From an uncultured candidate division Zixibacteria bacterium (GTDB lineage: Bacteria > Zixibacteria > MSB-5A5 > GN15 > FEB-12), in assembly GCA_963735035.1 (NCBI GenBank), contig CAVTJJ010000006.1:480001-544000 (forward strand): a stretch of 64,000 nucleotides of DNA. Reading direction: 5' to 3'. Positions 61,455 to 64,000 of the stretch are shown here, in pieces. Within the stretch, counting starts at the first letter, position 1; every line of letters begins with the position of its first letter. The position numbers and the translations under genes are program-made. Below the pieces are notes generated by a model. That model saw only the letters and a program-made list of their open reading frames with translations, had not been told where the DNA came from and made no database searches.

Positions 61455-63605
61455 TCAGTGTTCGATTACCCGCATTACGGCCGCGAATTGAGGATCGTCG
61501 TTCATCTGTTGCACCTGGGTTGGCGTGGCGCACTTGATGAACTTTTCGTAGTCTTTCTGGGCTTCCTTGAATTCACCCGCGCCGTAATGACTCAACATCA
61601 GGTACTGATGAATGACCGGATTGTTGGCGTCGAGAGATCTCGCATCTTTGAAATGCTTGATAGCCTTATCGAATGTTCCCTGGTTGTACCGGGCTCTCCC
61701 AAGACCGATATAGGCGTCGAGGTTCTTCTTGTCGACCCGAGTGACCGCGTCGAAATCGGCTATTGCGGCCAGGGATTCGTTGCGAGCGAGGTAGAGGGTG
61801 CCGCGCCCGAGCAGGGCCGGGACACTCTTGGGGTCGGCTTTCAGTGCTTCGGCATAGGCTGAAAGTGCCTGACCGTAGTCGTTACGGACACGCATGATCT
61901 CGGCGGCCCGCACATAATCGTCGTGGGCCGAGGGGTTGTTCTTCAGAGCACGATAGACTTCGCCTCTCTTGGAATAGGCCTCGGCGTAGTTCGGATTGGT
62001 TTCTACGGCCTTGTTCAGGTCGGTCAGAGCGGACGACAAATCGTTCCTCTCGATGGCGCTGACGGCCGTCTGGTAATATTCCACTTCAGGCCGGACCACC
62101 GGTTTGCGCTCCGCGACTGCCGGGACGAGGGTCAACGCAAGACTGGCCGGTTTATCGGTTCTTAGATCGACTGTTCCACTTACCGTCTGGTAACCGTCTT
62201 TCGATACCGTATAGGTGTGGCGACCCGGTTTCAGCCGGTTGTAAGTGAGATTTCCCGCACCGAGGACAGAACCGTCAAGCGTCAACTTGGCGCCGTCGAC
62301 ACTGGCCGCCAGAGTCAGCCTGGCAAAACTGGAATTTGAAGCGGCTTTGGTCTCAGCGGAATTCGAGGCTGCCTCTCTTGATGAAGCTGGAGGCGTCTGT
62401 CCCGCGATCGGCTCGAACGATTTGGGCGATGTGCCCCCGGCAGAATTCGCAGAGTTTATGGTTGGTGATGTCGGCACTGAGGCGGCCGGTTTCAGCGTCA
62501 CGGTGGTGACATTCTTATCGGCCACGGTAGTGTAGTCCTGCGCCAAGACCGTTTGTTCTTTGACGTACTGTATCTGATAGCTGCCTGCGTTCAGGGGATC
62601 GGTCTTGAAGAATCCCTGACCATTGACTTCGTAAGTCTTACCAAGTTCCGGGAATCGTACTTCGCCGCCGGTAAGGACGGGATGTCCGTCCGCGCCCAGC
62701 ACCACTCCGATCACCCGGCCGTCGCCAATGTCGGCGCTGGAGCTAAACAGCATGCCAAGGATTAGAACAACTATGCTGGCGGCCACCGTTATGGCAATCG
62801 CGATCGTATTGATCGAAAACTTCTTGGGTTGCAGGGTGTACTCGCGTCCGGCAACGAGCATCTCATCGCCTTCATGTAACTCCTGCTGGCCGGTAACCTT
62901 AATGTAACCTTTGGCAAAGTAGGCTACGCCTCGGGAACGTTTCGACATCCGCGGCGAATCCCCTGATAGTCCCAGGTCAGCCGCATCGGGACGGAATTCT
63001 TTGTTCCTCTTCGGCGGGACAATCGGCTCGGTGGCGAAACCGGTTCCGCGAACCGGGACGGATACGTCCGCGTCCGACGACGGACCGTGACCTATGGCAT
63101 TCATCAGTTGCTGTTTCTCATCATCGGAGAGGTAATTGGAGGTCTTGGATTCGGCCCGCATGCGATGTGAGATTTCTTTGATCTGCTCTTCTGAGAGACG
63201 CTCGATCTTGTCGCGTGCGTCCTCAGCAGCTTTGGCATCGCTCTGTGGGACCGAAGCGGTCGGCTTCTCGACCGGTGTGGTTGCTGGTTGTGGTATCTCC
63301 GGCTCCGGAACGGCGAAATATGAATCATGACTGGGTCGGTCGAACGCTTCTTCTTTGCGAGCGCCGGCTTCGGCTTGCATGAGATCAGCCGGTGATTCGA
63401 TCCCCAGGTTATCACCTGGTGTGGGCTGAAAGCCACCAACCATTTCGGTCCCTTGCTCGTGTGCTTCGGTTACCACGAAGTCGAGATCGTCGGTATCTGC
63501 CGATTCATCGAGTTTCGCTGGCTCCGGGCTCGGAGTCTTTGGGGTGTGTTTGGCTTTCTCAGCTTCTGAAGCTTGGGTCGTTTCGGGAGTGTTTTCTAGT
63601 ACCAT
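61455..63605 (-). CDS. Bitopic membrane protein: acidic N-terminus, TM helix, carboxypeptidase-regulatory-like, PEGA and TPR domains
   Basis: TM IAIAITVAASIVVLILGMLF; GAKLTLDG...PGRHTYTVSKDGY; TPR motifs AYSKRG, ALLGRG, AYIGLG. Confidence 0.8.
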   Translation of the reverse strand: MVLENTPETTQASEAEKAKHTPKTPSPEPAKLDESADTDDLDFVVTEAHEQGTEMVGGFQPTPGDNLGIESPADLMQAEAGARKEEAFDRPSHDSYFAVPEPEIPQPATTPVEKPTASVPQSDAKAAEDARDKIERLSEEQIKEISHRMRAESKTSNYLSDDEKQQLMNAIGHGPSSDADVSVPVRGTGFATEPIVPPKRNKEFRPDAADLGLSGDSPRMSKRSRGVAYFAKGYIKVTGQQELHEGDEMLVAGREYTLQPKKFSINTIAIAITVAASIVVLILGMLFSSSADIGDGRVIGVVLGADGHPVLTGGEVRFPELGKTYEVNGQGFFKTDPLNAGSYQIQYVKEQTVLAQDYTTVADKNVTTVTLKPAASVPTSPTINSANSAGGTSPKSFEPIAGQTPPASSREAASNSAETKAASNSSFARLTLAASVDGAKLTLDGSVLGAGNLTYNRLKPGRHTYTVSKDGYQTVSGTVDLRTDKPASLALTLVPAVAERKPVVRPEVEYYQTAVSAIERNDLSSALTDLNKAVETNPNYAEAYSKRGEVYRALKNNPSAHDDYVRAAEIMRVRNDYGQALSAYAEALKADPKSVPALLGRGTLYLARNESLAAIADFDAVTRVDKKNLDAYIGLGRARYNQGTFDKAIKHFKDARSLDANNPVIHQYLMLSHYGAGEFKEAQKDYEKFIKCATPTQVQQMNDDPQFAAVMRVIEH

Positions 63606-63828
63606 AGGTCTCTGACAGAGTTAGGGTTCCGTACCACTTATCTATCGGCGGAGGGCAAGGAAATCTTAAATGAATGCCGGGGGCTCTACGTCGTAGGGGT
63701 GAGCGTCCCATAGGTTGACAATCCAAAATCTGGCTTGACAGCCGGCTGGAAGGCGGCCTATATTCGCTCTCTGTAATGCTTAAGGAGTTTTGAGCTGCGT
63801 TTGGTTACTCCCCAGGAGGAAGGGTTAG

Positions 63829-64000
63829 ATGTCCATGCTTAAGAGCCGTCTGCTGGTTATCATTTTCGTCATTGGCGCGCTGACCATAATGCTTAGCTGC
63901 AGCCAGACGGATAATGTTGTTTCCCCTAAGTCGTTGACCAAGGTGTGGTTAGACGTTCAGCGCCTCCCCACTCCGCCGGCTGGAATGATGTACGGACTGT
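63829..64000 (+). CDS. Lipoprotein, N-terminal part; runs off the window
   Basis: AGGAGG RBS; MSMLKSRLLVIIFVIGALTIMLSC; TTGACA-18 nt-TATATT at 63735-63764. Confidence 0.7.
   Translation, partial: MSMLKSRLLVIIFVIGALTIMLSCSQTDNVVSPKSLTKVWLDVQRLPTPPAGMMYGL

Overview
Bacterial chromosomal segment, probably from an FCB-group lineage such as Ca. Zixibacteria. This is inferred from the Cys-flanked dockerin-like and T9SS/FlgD-type C-terminal domains and was not checked against a database. 1-8.8 kb: carbohydrate and housekeeping genes (glgP partial, pfkA, beta-CASP nuclease, LOG, NfsA-like, Zn-protease, pcm). 8.9-30.7 kb: seven large secreted proteins, mostly peptidases (S8, M43, C10). Three end in a T9SS/FlgD-like CTD and four end in a dockerin-like module, two of them with an adjacent cohesin-like domain. 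This block also holds an atypical tRNA-His (no G-1, U72, A73) and a HesB-like gene with an in-frame TGA (probable selenoprotein). 31-37.4 kb: a complete rRNA operon with an intact SAM-methyltransferase gene between tRNA-Ile and tRNA-Ala. Next comes an MNT-HEPN cassette bracketed by a ~70-bp direct repeat of the 5S rRNA 3' end plus terminator, then an accessory region (orphan genes, Gly-rich lipoprotein, IS30 inserted in a REP-like repeat, radical SAM gene). 45.6-64 kb: further secreted proteins and housekeeping genes (M16 peptidase, def, rlmB-like, yceI, EF-G paralog, lexA). Several single-base frameshifts look like sequencing or assembly errors.
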